Shown: piece after piece, positions 1 to 8,247 of the stretch
Numbering within the stretch: position 1 is the stretch's first letter
Layout: each line of letters opens with the position of its first letter
NCBI GenBank assembly: GCA_900234795.1
Contig: LT962688.1
Coordinates: 5,490,001-5,522,000 of the forward strand
Source: Methylorubrum extorquens
Lineage (GTDB): Bacteria > Pseudomonadota > Alphaproteobacteria > Rhizobiales > Beijerinckiaceae
Reading direction: 5' to 3'
Length of the DNA: 32,000 nt
Program-made: the position numbers and the translations under genes
Notes under the pieces: generated by a model
The model's database searches: none
What the model saw: the letters and a program-made list of their open reading frames with translations, nothing else
What the model was told of the DNA's origin: nothing

Positions 1-195
1 ACGGGGGCCTGCATCGAACAGGGTTTGGATCGTGCCGGGCTCGTTGCCGGTCATGAGCACGCCCCGTTGGGTGAGCTGCGGGTTGACCTTGATCACCAAC
101 GGCTCGGCAGAGGCGACTGAGCAGGCAAGGCAGGTTGCCGCTGCCATACCGATCCTTACGAATGTCCGGAACTGGCGCGATGACCGTACAAGCAT
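1..195 (-). CDS. exported protein of unknown function, N-terminal 65 codons only (gene runs off the left edge)
   Basis: ATG at 195-193 is preceded by GGAGGA (205-200). My translation is MLVRSSRQFRTFVRIGMAAATCLACSVASA/EPLVIKVNPQLTQRGVLMTGNEPG, with a basic n-region, a hydrophobic core and an ASA-type cleavage site. No stop occurs before position 1. It is absent from the ORF track because it is open-ended. Confidence 0.35.
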   Translation of the reverse strand, partial: MLVRSSRQFRTFVRIGMAAATCLACSVASAEPLVIKVNPQLTQRGVLMTGNEPGTIQTLFDAGPR

Positions 196-492
196 AGCAT
201 CCTCCATAGCTTTGCAGTAGATGCAGGGGGCAGCTACAGGAGAGACTATGACACGTGATTCGCGGTCAGACTTGATTGCATGAGACGAAATGATGCCTTG
301 CATCCTTTGAAGAAGATCGCGCCTGCGCGCTTGCGTTCAAAAAATCCGGCCTCGACTTTGGCCTGCGATACTTTGCGCAGATCGAAATGGTTTCTCTTAT
401 GCCGCGCGGAGCCCCGCCTGTCAGCAAAGAATAACGTCAGCAGGCGCTAGAGTACTTCCCCCAACCCTGGGCCGACTGAACTTGCGACACGC

Positions 493-537
493 GTCAAAAA
501 GGCGCCTCAGGAGAGTTCCCGAAGCGCCTTTGACGAA
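493..537 (-). terminator. possible intrinsic terminator downstream of the outer membrane protein gene
   Basis: Inverted repeat AAAGGCGC (498-505) / GCGCCTTT (524-531) with an 18-nt loop. On the minus-strand transcript the stem is followed by a short U run. It lies about 60 nt after the stop at 594. The stem is weak and the loop long. Confidence 0.3.
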
Positions 538-593
538 GCGGTCAGTTGATCGAATGCTGGGGACGCTGAGCCACCTCACGACTGCGTGGATGC

Positions 594-1505
594 TCAGTAT
601 GTCCCGAACTTGTAGTTTACCCCGGCGCGTACCACGGCAAACTCGCTCGTCCGGCGCACCGCCGGCCCGGAGACCAGGCTCACGCCGGGCGAGAACACCG
701 ACAGCGGCGTGTTGTTGGGCGTGACCGCGAAGACTCCGAAGTTGCGGTTGTCACGCGCGAGGTTCACGTACAGACCCTCGACCCGGAACGTCACCGCAGA
801 GGCGCGGAAGAAGTTGAGCCAGCTGTCGCTTGCCAGGGCGTACTCGATGCCGCCACCGGCTGCCCAGCCGGTCTGGAAGCTGTTGCTGGTTGTGCTGGGC
901 AGGCCCAACTCGCGCCCGCCACCGGATCCGTAGGCGAAGCCGCCGGTGCCGTAGATCAACGTCCGATCCCAGGCATAGCCGATGCGACCTCGCACCGTGC
1001 CGAAGAAGTCGAGGGTCGCAATCCCGTTCGGGCTGAACACCAGCGATCCCGGGTTGATGCCGCCGCCAGGCACGGTAGCGAAGGCGAAGCGGTTGCGGTT
1101 GCGTCCGAAGTCGACGTACTGGGCGTCGGCCTCGAAGCCGATCACGAAGCCCGAGCCCGGTGTGAACTGGTAGTTGTAGCCGATCTGGCCACCGCCGGAG
1201 AAGCCGTTCAAGTTGTTGGCGTTGTTGCTGAAGGCGAGGGCTCCAGCCGCCGGTGCACCAGCCCCGGTGATGAACAGGCTGGAGCCGGGGGTGAGGCCGG
1301 GCGCGATGTTGGCCACGGTGGGACGGAGGTTCTCCTGGGCACTGAAGGCATAGCCGAGGTTGAAGCCCGCGTAGAAGCCCGACCAGCTGAAGACCGGCAC
1401 CGGCGTGAAGACCGGGGGCGGCTCGCGTTTGGGCAGATCGGCAGCAGCAGCTGTACCCATTAGAAGCGCTGTGGTCGCGCTAGAGAGAAGTAACTTTCTG
1501 ATCAT
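594..1505 (-). CDS. outer membrane beta-barrel protein, Omp25/Omp31 (porin-like) family
   Basis: 303-aa ORF. It has a signal peptide (MIRKLLLSSATTALLMGTAAAADLP), Gly/Tyr/Phe-rich alternating beta-strand segments (GFYAGFNLGYAF, GGGQIGYNYQF, GGGIEYAL) and an aromatic C-terminus (VNYKFGTY) typical of rhizobial OMPs. Confidence 0.75.
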   Translation of the reverse strand: MIRKLLLSSATTALLMGTAAAADLPKREPPPVFTPVPVFSWSGFYAGFNLGYAFSAQENLRPTVANIAPGLTPGSSLFITGAGAPAAGALAFSNNANNLNGFSGGGQIGYNYQFTPGSGFVIGFEADAQYVDFGRNRNRFAFATVPGGGINPGSLVFSPNGIATLDFFGTVRGRIGYAWDRTLIYGTGGFAYGSGGGRELGLPSTTSNSFQTGWAAGGGIEYALASDSWLNFFRASAVTFRVEGLYVNLARDNRNFGVFAVTPNNTPLSVFSPGVSLVSGPAVRRTSEFAVVRAGVNYKFGTY

Positions 1506-1705
1506 CTGGTCCTGGCCCTCTCTGAGAAACCAAGCCAGAAGGAACGCCTGTTGCGGGCGTATGTACAGTGTGGAGATGCAACACCCACGGACGGAGCTTC
1601 GAAATCTGCGCTCTTCGCACTCGAGGTTGCGCTTTAGTCATATCTGCGGCGCAAAGACAACACTGAATATTTATCATTTGCGAAAGTCCGCATGCCGTTT
1701 CCTAG

Positions 1706-1851
1706 GATCGTATGGGACAGTAGGGTTGCAATGGGGCGCGTCGGAACAAAAGGCAGGCCCGAAGACCGAGCCGGTGCAGCAGGAGTCCGATCGCCCGGAG
1801 CGGTACCCCCGTCTGTGCTCCGCTTGTTGGCAGGGGACAGCCAGAGGCCGC
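1706..1851 (+). repeat. direct repeat copy 1 (about 146 bp; 117-nt core 1735-1851 identical to 8278-8394)
   Basis: By-eye alignment with 8248-8394. The first ~30 nt (GATCGtATGGGACAG...) diverge at a few positions and then 117 nt are identical. This copy is cut off on its right by the IS3-type inverted repeat starting at 1852. Confidence 0.85.
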
Positions 1852-1917
1852 TGACCTGACCGGCTGGCTTTGGACCGGGCTGATTGAGAGGATCAGCCAG
1901 GACCGAAGGAGTCGGAC

Positions 1918-2228
1918 ATGCGGCGAGGACAGAAGACGAGCGCGGAGCAGGTCGTTCTGAAGCTGCGGCAGATCGAGGTTCAGATGGTGCAGGGTAAGAG
2001 TTTGGCCCTGGCCTGCAAGGAGGCGGAGATCTCCGAGCAGAGCTGCGCGACGAGTGCCTGCGCCAAGAGATTTTTTACTCGCTCAAGGAAGCCCAAGCCG
2101 TGATCGCCCTCTGGCAGAACACCTACAACCGGGTCCGGCCGCACTCGTCCCTAGGCTACCGGCCGCCCGCGCCCGTCAGCTTCCCCGATCTGGCCTTCCG
2201 GCTACCCATGGCAGCGGCCATGCAGTAG
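1918..2228 (+). pseudogene. IS3-family transposase remnant (OrfA N-terminus joined to OrfB C-terminus by an internal deletion)
   Basis: MRRGQKTSAEQVVLKLRQIEVQMVQGKSLALACKEAEISEQS (OrfA HTH part) is followed in another frame by LRDECLRQEIFYSLKEAQAVIALWQNTYNRVRPHSSLGYRPPAPVSF...MQ* (OrfB C-terminal end). The catalytic DDE core is missing. Confidence 0.8.
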
Positions 2229-2233
2229 CCTCT

Positions 2234-2413
2234 TGTAACTTGATCCCACCTTCGCCGGGTATGCTCCTCGGCGCGGTGGCGGGTGAGAGACCGTTAGCCT
2301 CTGGGGCCACCAAGCCCGCAAGTGAGCCAGGGTCCTCGCCCGCCGTTCCATCGAACCCGAACAGTCGCTTGGGCCGCTCAACGCGAAGCCCGCTTGCGCA
2401 AGGATGGGATCAG
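2234..2413 (+). ncRNA. candidate IS110 bridge (guide) RNA locus in the left non-coding end
   Basis: This is the non-coding leader upstream of the recombinase gene. It contains TAGCCTCT (2295-2302), identical to left flank plus core (2226-2233). It contains ACAGTCGCT (2361-2369), identical to right IS end plus core (3352-3360). It contains CAAGTGAG (2319-2326), the reverse complement (7/8) of core plus right flank (3359-3366). Exact RNA ends and structure were not determined. Confidence 0.4.
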
Positions 2414-3343
2414 ATGGACGCTCCTGTTGTTGGGATCGATGTGGCCCGTGACCGCCTCGATATTCATGTTCATCCCTCTGGAGCGAACTTCGCCGTTGAC
2501 CGTACGACAGAGGGTGTGGAGCAGCTGTGCGAACGCCTCCGGCCCCTGAAGCCGAAGCTCGTCGTCCTGGAGGCAACCGGCGGTTTGGAAGCCATGGTGG
2601 CACGTGCTCTCACCACCTGGAGGCTACCAGCCGTGATCGTGAACCCAGCACAGGTCCGTGCTTTCGCTCACGCCTTGGGCCAACGCGCCAAGACCGACCG
2701 CATCGACGCCACCGTGATCGCCCGGTTCGCGGCGGCCACCAACCCACCCGTTCGCGCTCGGGCCGATGCCGAGACTCAGGCCTTGGCTGATCTCGTCACA
2801 AGACGCCGTCAGATCGTAGGACTGATCGCGTCCGAGCGGCAGCGAGCGAGCCAAGCTCCACCGTGCATTCGAGACAGCGTCCGGCGCGTCATAGAGGCGT
2901 TGGAGCAGGAGCAGAGTGTGATCGACCGCTCGATCGATGCAGAGGTAGACCGGTCGCTTGAATGGCGCAGGAAGGAGACCCTCCTGACCTCCGTTCCTGG
3001 TGTTGGACCGACGATCGCACGAACCCTGATCGCGGAGCTGCCTGAGCTTGGAAGCCTCAACCGGAAGCAAGTCGCCGCGCTGGTCGGCTTGGCCCCTTGG
3101 ACGCGGCAATCCGGTCAGTGGCGAGGGAGGAGCTTCATTGCAGGCGGCCGCGCACCTGTTCGCACGGCGCTGTTCATGGGGGCCATGGTGGCCAGCCGTC
3201 ACAATGCCGCGCTGAAAACCTTCCGGGACCGGCTCATCGCAGCCGGTAAGCCCAAGCTCGTTGCCCTGATTGCCACCGCTCGGAAGCTGATCACCATCCT
3301 CAACGCCATCCTGAGAGACGGAACGCCATGGCAACCCGCTTGA
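2414..3343 (+). CDS. IS110-family transposase (DEDD recombinase), 309 aa
   Basis: The internal ATG at 2414 begins MDAPVVGIDVARDRLDIHVHPSG..., the usual IS110 N-terminus. The C-terminal domain reads LTSVPGVGPTIARTLIAELPELGSLNRKQVAALVGLAPWTRQSGQWRG. The 120 codons upstream in the tracked ORF read through the IS3 remnant and are not part of the gene. Confidence 0.9.
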   Translation: MDAPVVGIDVARDRLDIHVHPSGANFAVDRTTEGVEQLCERLRPLKPKLVVLEATGGLEAMVARALTTWRLPAVIVNPAQVRAFAHALGQRAKTDRIDATVIARFAAATNPPVRARADAETQALADLVTRRRQIVGLIASERQRASQAPPCIRDSVRRVIEALEQEQSVIDRSIDAEVDRSLEWRRKETLLTSVPGVGPTIARTLIAELPELGSLNRKQVAALVGLAPWTRQSGQWRGRSFIAGGRAPVRTALFMGAMVASRHNAALKTFRDRLIAAGKPKLVALIATARKLITILNAILRDGTPWQPA

Positions 3344-3405
3344 CCAGCAAGACAGTCGCTCACTCGGCTCGGTCCAAAATACCGGTCAGGTCAGTGGTAG
3401 ATTTT

Positions 3406-3912
3406 TTAGGGCATGACTGCCGCAAGCTCGGTTTGAGCCGCCTTGTTGAGGTCGCGAAGCTTTCCCAGTGTTGCCGCGGCATAATCGCGTATCTCTTGCA
3501 CTTCTGACCGTGCCGCATTCTCATAGGCAACAATCTCGCGACTAAGGGCCTGCACCTCGACCTCGGCGTAGCGTCGCGACAGGGCCAAGTAGTCCAGAGG
3601 CTCGATGTTCTCGACGATGCTTCGCAGTTCCAAGTCGAGCATGTCCCGCACGCCAACCCCAATAGCTTCAGCTATTCGGGCAAGCTCCGGCAATTGGGCT
3701 GCCCGGAAGTCGTGGACGCGCTCGGCCAAGGCCTTGATGCCAGGACGCGGGTCTTTGGCCGCAGTGATGCGCGAGATTCTGGCCTGGAATACGGCAGACG
3801 CGTAGGCAGACTCGATGAACCGGCTCGCCGCTTCATCCGCATACGATTGAGACGAGCCGATGAACCAAAGGGCCAATGCCGAACAAGACAGCCAGCGCCT
3901 AGTCACTGCCAT
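3406..3912 (-). CDS. DUF4142-like periplasmic protein
   Basis: 168 aa with a signal peptide ([18 protein letters not shown]). It is helical and Ala/Glu-rich, with a pattern ([46 protein letters not shown]) resembling DUF4142. Its ATG (3912-3910) overlaps the napC stop (3905-3903). Confidence 0.55.
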   Translation of the reverse strand: MAVTRRWLSCSALALWFIGSSQSYADEAASRFIESAYASAVFQARISRITAAKDPRPGIKALAERVHDFRAAQLPELARIAEAIGVGVRDMLDLELRSIVENIEPLDYLALSRRYAEVEVQALSREIVAYENAARSEVQEIRDYAAATLGKLRDLNKAAQTELAAVMP

Positions 3913-4469
3913 CCCGGAACCCCTTGCATATTGGGCAGCTTGTGCGCGATGCCCTTATGGCAATCGATGCACGTCTTCTTGCCCGTAAACAGGTCCTTCT
4001 CGTGGGCAGCTGCTGCACGAGGGTTTTGCTTCGAAACGTCCATCGACTGGGCGCTGTGGCAGTTGCGGCATTCCAAAGAGTCGTTAGCCTTCATCCGCGC
4101 CCATTCGTGTTCCGCCAGGCGATGGCGCAGGTTCAGGAACTTGTCGCGCGTGTCGATGGAGCCGAAGATGTGCCCCCAAACCTCCTTGGAGGCTTGCATC
4201 TTGCGTGCGATCTTGTCGGTCCATTGATGAGGCACGTGACAGTCGGGACAAGTCGCACGAATGCCTGAGCGGTTGGTGTAGTGGATCGTGCCCTTGAGCT
4301 CCTCGAAGACGTTCGCCCTCATCTCGTGGCACGACGTGCAGAACGTCTCGGTGTTGGTATGTTCCAAGACCGTGTTGAAGCCTCCCCAGAACAGGACGCC
4401 GGCGACGAAGCCACCGAGCGTCAAGAAGGCCAGCGACAAGGTGACCGGTGGGCGCGTGGCTGTACGCAC
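3903..4469 (-). CDS. napC: NapC/NirT-family membrane-anchored tetrahaem cytochrome c
   Basis: It has four CxxCH motifs (CTSCH, CPDCH, CRNCH, CIDCH) and an N-terminal TM helix ([21 protein letters not shown]). The tracked ORF starts at GTG 4469. A more typical N-terminus ([18 protein letters not shown] 4518) lies upstream in another frame (see findings). Confidence 0.9.
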   Translation of the reverse strand: MRTATRPPVTLSLAFLTLGGFVAGVLFWGGFNTVLEHTNTETFCTSCHEMRANVFEELKGTIHYTNRSGIRATCPDCHVPHQWTDKIARKMQASKEVWGHIFGSIDTRDKFLNLRHRLAEHEWARMKANDSLECRNCHSAQSMDVSKQNPRAAAAHEKDLFTGKKTCIDCHKGIAHKLPNMQGVPGWQ

Positions 4470-4519
4470 CCAGGGGGTTCAGCCAGAACCAGGACCACGC
4501 CCGCGCGATAGCCGCCATG

Positions 4520-4975
4520 TCAGCGCCCCCGAGGCTCGCGCTCGACGAGAGCGTCCATGTCGACGAAGGTGTTCGGGACGAGCGGCTGCGCCCCGGTCTG
4601 CGGCACATGGCAGGCGAGGCATGAGTAGCGTCGCGGGGAGACTCCGCCGAGCGTGTTTCCTTCGCGATCCTGGTAGTGCGTAACGCTGATCATCGGCGCC
4701 TGCGACTGCTCGGTGAACTTCCGGGCGTGACAGGCGAGACACTTGTTCGCGTTTAGGTCGAGTGCATAGCCCTCGATCGAGTGCGGGATCAGGGGGGGCT
4801 GGTCCGGGTAGTTGCGCTTGCGGCGGAAGTCATCGGTGACTTGCCGCTGCATCGGCGGGGCCGGCGTTTCCTTGTTAAACGGCTCCGGACCGGTCAATCG
4901 AGGGGCTTCCTGCGCGAACAGCGCCCCTGCGACGAGCCACGCCGCGCTGGCGGAGAGCAGGAGGCGACGCATCAT
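4520..4975 (-). CDS. napB: NapB dihaem cytochrome c subunit of periplasmic nitrate reductase (in frame with napA, no intervening stop)
   Basis: The last 151 codons of the 989-aa ORF. It has its own signal peptide ([25 protein letters not shown]), two CLACH haem motifs and a conserved [11 protein letters not shown] segment. Confidence 0.85.
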   Translation of the reverse strand: MMRRLLLSASAAWLVAGALFAQEAPRLTGPEPFNKETPAPPMQRQVTDDFRRKRNYPDQPPLIPHSIEGYALDLNANKCLACHARKFTEQSQAPMISVTHYQDREGNTLGGVSPRRYSCLACHVPQTGAQPLVPNTFVDMDALVEREPRGR

Positions 4976-7489
4976 TCCGCCCCCCCGCTCGGTCATAGCG
5001 ACGCCGATCACCTTGACGGCGCACTTCTTGAAGTCGGTTTGCTTCGAGATCGGGTCCGTGGCGTCAAGCGTGGCTTTGTTGATCAACTGACTGGCGTCGA
5101 AGAATGGAACGAAGACACGTCCGGGCGGCATCGTGTTGCGCCCGCGGGTCTCGACCCGGGAGCGGATCTCACCGCGCCGCGACACGATCCGCACCTCCTG
5201 CCCACGGCGAAGGCCGCGCTTCTGCGCGTCGTCAGGATGCATGAACATCACGGCGCCGGTGAAGGCTCTATAGAGCTCGGGCACCCGCATCGTCATCGAG
5301 CCCGAATGCCAGTGCTCTAAGACGCGACCCGTGACCAGCCAGAGGTCGTATTCCTGGTCCGGGGCTTCGGCCGGCGGCTCGTAGGGTGCCGCCATTACCA
5401 CTGCTCTGCGATCAGGATTGCCGTAGAACTGCCAGCCGGCTCCCTTCTCGACGTAGGGGTCGTGTCCCTCGCGGTAGCGCCAGCGCGTCTCCTTGCCGTC
5501 GACGACGGGCCAGCGCAGGCCACGGACCTCATGGTAGCGGTCGAAGGGCGCCAGGTCGTGGCCATGGCCGCGCCCGAATGCGGCGTACTCCTCGAACAGG
5601 CCCTTCTGGACGTAGAAGCCGAACCGCTTCGATTCGACGTTCTCGTGGTCCGCCCCGATCTCGTCCAAGCCGAAGGCGTCGACGCTGCCGTTACGCCAGA
5701 GCACGTCGAAGAGGGACTTGCCCTTGTACTCCGGATGGGCGGTTAGGGTATCCGGGGCCCAGACCTCGTCAGTGGTGAACCGCTTCGAGAACTCCATCAG
5801 CTGCCAGAGGTCTGAGCGCGCATCGCCGGGCGCGTTGACGAGTTGGCGCCACATGTGAGTTCGGCGCTCAGCGTTGCCGTAGGCACCCTCCTTCTCTACC
5901 CACATAGCTGTGGGCAGTACGACGTCCGCGGCCATAGCTGTCACCGTCGGGTAGGGGTCCGAGCAGACGATGAAGTTGGCTGGGTTGCGGTACCCTGGAT
6001 AGGTCTCATTGTTTGTGTTGGGAGCCGTCTGCAGGTTGTTGTTGCACATTATCCAGTAAGCGTTGAGCTTGCCGTCCTTGAGCATGCGGTCCTGCAGCAC
6101 GGCATGATAGCCGATCTCGCCGTTTAACAAGCCGGGGGGCAGCTTCCAGATCTCCTCGGCGTGCTTGCGGTGCTCGGGGTTGTTGACCTGCATGTCCGCG
6201 GGCAAGCGGTGCGCGAAGGTGCCGACCTCGCGGGCGGTGCCACAAGCCGACGGCTGCCCCGTCAGCGAGAAGGGACTGTTCCCGGGCTCCGAGATCTTCC
6301 CGGTCAGCAGATGGATGTTGTAGATGAGGTGGTTCGCCCAGACACCGCGAACGTGCTGATTTAAGCCCATCGTCCAGAGCGACATCACCTTGGTCTTCGG
6401 ATCGGCGTACATCTTGGCGAGCGTCAGCAGTCGCTCCTTTGACACCCCAGTCAGCTCGGCAGTCTTCTCAAGGTTGTAGTCGCTCACCATCCGGGCGTAG
6501 GCGTCAAAGTCGGATGGCTGCGAGACGGCTGCCTCGTCTGCATGTGAGGCGCGCTGTTCCAGCACGTGCTCAGGCCGGAGGCCGTAGCCAATATCCGTGT
6601 TGGCGATGCGGAATTTCACGTGCCGGTCGACGAAGTCGCGGTTCACGGCTCCATTTTGGATGATGTAGCTCGCCACGAAGTTCAGGATGGCGAGGTCGGT
6701 CCCCGGTTGGAAGATCAGGGACTGGTCTGAAAGCTCGGTCGTGCGGTGCCCGTAGGTCGAGAGCGTGGCGATGCGGACGTGCGGCGCGCTCAGGCGGCGG
6801 TCGATGACCCGCGTCCACAGGATCGGATGCATCTCCGCCATGTTCGAGCCCCAGAGCACGAAGGCGTCGGCGTGCTCGAAGTCGTCGTAGCACCCCATCG
6901 GCTCGTCCATGCCGAAGGTGCGGATGAAGCCGACGGCGGCGGACGCCATGCAGTGGCGGGCATTTGGATCGAGGTTGTTCGAGCGGAAGCCGGCCCGCAT
7001 GAGCTTGGTCGCCGCGTAGCCCTCGAAGATGGTCCATTGCCCCGAGCCGAACATGCCGACGGCCTTGGGACCCTTCTCACGTAGAACGCGCTTCCATTGC
7101 CGGGCCATCTCGTCGAAGGCTTGGTCCCAGGAGACGGGCTGCAGCTCGGCGCTCTTGTCGAACTTGCCGTCGCGCACCCTCATCAGCGGTCGCGTCAACC
7201 GGTCCGCGCCGTACATGATTTTCGAGAGGAAATAGCCTTTTACGCAGTTCAGGCCGCGGTTGACCTCGGCCTGCATATCGCCGTGCGTCGCCACCACGCG
7301 GCCGTCCTTCACCCCGACCATCACGCCGCAACCTGTGCCGCAGAAGCGACACGGCGCCTTTGACCATTTCAGAGCGATGTCCTCGCCGGCCGCGAGGTTC
7401 TGGGCCTCGGCTGGAAGGTCGATACCTGCAACAGCCGCCGCTGCAGCTGCGGCCTGAGCCTTGAGCACGGTTCGACGAGATACGTCCAT
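4976..7489 (-). CDS. napA: NapA periplasmic nitrate reductase catalytic subunit (continues without a stop into napB as sequenced)
   Basis: It has a Tat motif ([22 protein letters not shown]), a 4Fe-4S motif (CRFCGTGCG), molybdopterin oxidoreductase domains throughout and a C-terminal ...DFKKCAVKV. The tracked ORF is 4520..7489. Confidence 0.95.
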
Positions 7490-7530
7490 GATCGGCTCCT
7501 CGGTACGAGGGCGTCGCCGGCCGACGCGCC

Positions 7531-7839
7531 TCAGTCGAAGCGGTGGTAGACGAGGGCAGTGGAGAGGACGCCGGGAAGCTCCCCGATCTCGCCCAGTCGC
7601 CGCACGACGTCGTCCTGCGTCAGGGTCTCCAGAGTCGCGACAATCTTCCCGACTGGGCTATCCCCGTGCACTTCTAGGCCTGGTATGGCTCCGAGCGAGG
7701 CCAACACCGCAGCCAACCGTTCCGGTCGGGCGTGGACCACCAGCCCGCTGATATGATGTTCATCACCGGGCCCAAGACTAGAGGTTGGACGGCCGCCCAG
7801 CAGGTCACGTCGGGACCAACACGCTTGTTCACGCGCCAT
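7531..7839 (-). CDS. napD: NapD, NapA-specific Tat proofreading chaperone
   Basis: 102 aa. The pattern [43 protein letters not shown] matches NapD. An AGGAGA Shine-Dalgarno lies 5 nt upstream, and the gene sits between napE and napA. Confidence 0.85.
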   Translation of the reverse strand: MAREQACWSRRDLLGGRPTSSLGPGDEHHISGLVVHARPERLAAVLASLGAIPGLEVHGDSPVGKIVATLETLTQDDVVRRLGEIGELPGVLSTALVYHRFD

Positions 7840-7848
7840 CGCTTTCTC

Positions 7849-8040
7849 CTAGACCGGCCCCGGGGGTCCGGTGAACGCGTAGTACATCCAGACGAGGAAG
7901 CCCCAGCCGGAGACCACCCCAACGGCAATGAAGGGCCAGATCAAGACCGCTAAAACTAAGAACGTTAGTATCTCTCGCGCGCGGCCATCCCTCGTCGTAG
8001 CCACTTCTGCGACTTGCGAATGCTGCACACACACCTCCAT
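7849..8040 (-). CDS. napE: NapE small membrane protein
   Basis: 63 aa with a single TM helix and a conserved C-terminus (EILTFLVLAVLIWPFIAVGVVSGWGFLVWMYYAFTGPPGP). It is the first gene of the napEDABC order typical of alphaproteobacteria. Confidence 0.8.
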   Translation of the reverse strand: MEVCVQHSQVAEVATTRDGRAREILTFLVLAVLIWPFIAVGVVSGWGFLVWMYYAFTGPPGPV

Positions 8041-8197
8041 TAGACGGGAACAAGCTATGCTTTAAGGCTCAACACATAAAAAATCTCCCTTACCTACCCT
8101 CATAAAAGCACACAAGTTGCGCGCCGCTGTCGGCGAATAGTCACGTCCATCGCAGCTGCGAGACTTTCTCAGGGAAAATATGCAATGTATATTCCCC

Positions 8198-8228
8198 TCG
8201 CAAGTTGATGCCCTTCGCAAGTTGATGC
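8198..8228. promoter_or_regulatory. two tandem copies of TCGCAAGTTGATGC (17-bp phase) upstream of napE; possible regulator binding sites
   Basis: Exact 14-nt direct repeat at 8198-8211 and 8215-8228, 158-188 bp upstream of the napE start. It contains TTGAT half-site-like motifs but no canonical TTGAT-N4-ATCAA box. Confidence 0.25.
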
Positions 8229-8247
8229 GAAGTTGGTGTTCTCGCTT

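Larger units (their letters stand above)
2234..3360 (+). mobile_element. IS110-family insertion sequence (1127 bp) nested near the right end of the IS3 derivative
   Basis: Comparison with the uninterrupted IS3-derivative copy places the insertion between ...GCAGTAGCCT CT and CT CACTCGGCTCGGTCC. A CT dinucleotide lies at both junctions (2232-2233 and 3359-3360). The left non-coding end is 180 bp and the right end only 17 bp, and there are no terminal inverted repeats, as is typical of IS110. Confidence 0.8.
1852..3393 (+). mobile_element. IS3-family internal-deletion derivative (about 415 bp of IS3 sequence) carrying a nested IS110-family element
   Basis: The terminal inverted repeats are TGACCTGACCGGCTGGCTTTGGAC (1852-) and GGTCCAAAATACCGGTCAGGTCA (-3393). 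The interior encodes only the OrfA N-terminus and the OrfB C-terminus. It has the same architecture as the uninterrupted copy at 13594-14007. Confidence 0.85.

Noticed and set aside
1731-1770. The possibility that the 146-bp repeat is a Tn3-family terminal inverted repeat (it contains GGGGCGCGTCGGAACAAAAGG, vaguely like GGGG...GGAACGAAAAC).
   Set aside because: The resemblance is limited to a few bases. The typical inner ...ACGCTAAG motif is absent. Both copies are in direct orientation, and no Tn3 transposase or resolvase is present.
2054-2413. N-terminal 120-codon extension of the tracked 429-aa ORF containing the IS110 transposase.
   Set aside because: The extension reads through the IS3 OrfB remnant and the IS110 leader in a non-native frame. 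IS110 transposases begin at the MDAPVVGIDV-type N-terminus, here ATG 2414.
7780-7839. A twin-arginine-like motif (WSRRDLLGG) at the N-terminus of NapD, suggesting a Tat signal on the chaperone itself.
   Set aside because: No hydrophobic h-region or cleavage site follows (…[13 protein letters not shown]…). As far as I recall, alphaproteobacterial NapD proteins often carry a similar RR-containing N-terminal extension. It is probably a normal family feature.
8190-8240. Canonical FNR/FixK box (TTGAT-N4-ATCAA) upstream of napE.
   Set aside because: TTGAT half sites are present, but the spacing and partner half sites do not fit (TTGATGCCCTTCGC and TTGCG-N6-ATCAA). I report it only as an exact direct repeat, not as an FNR box.
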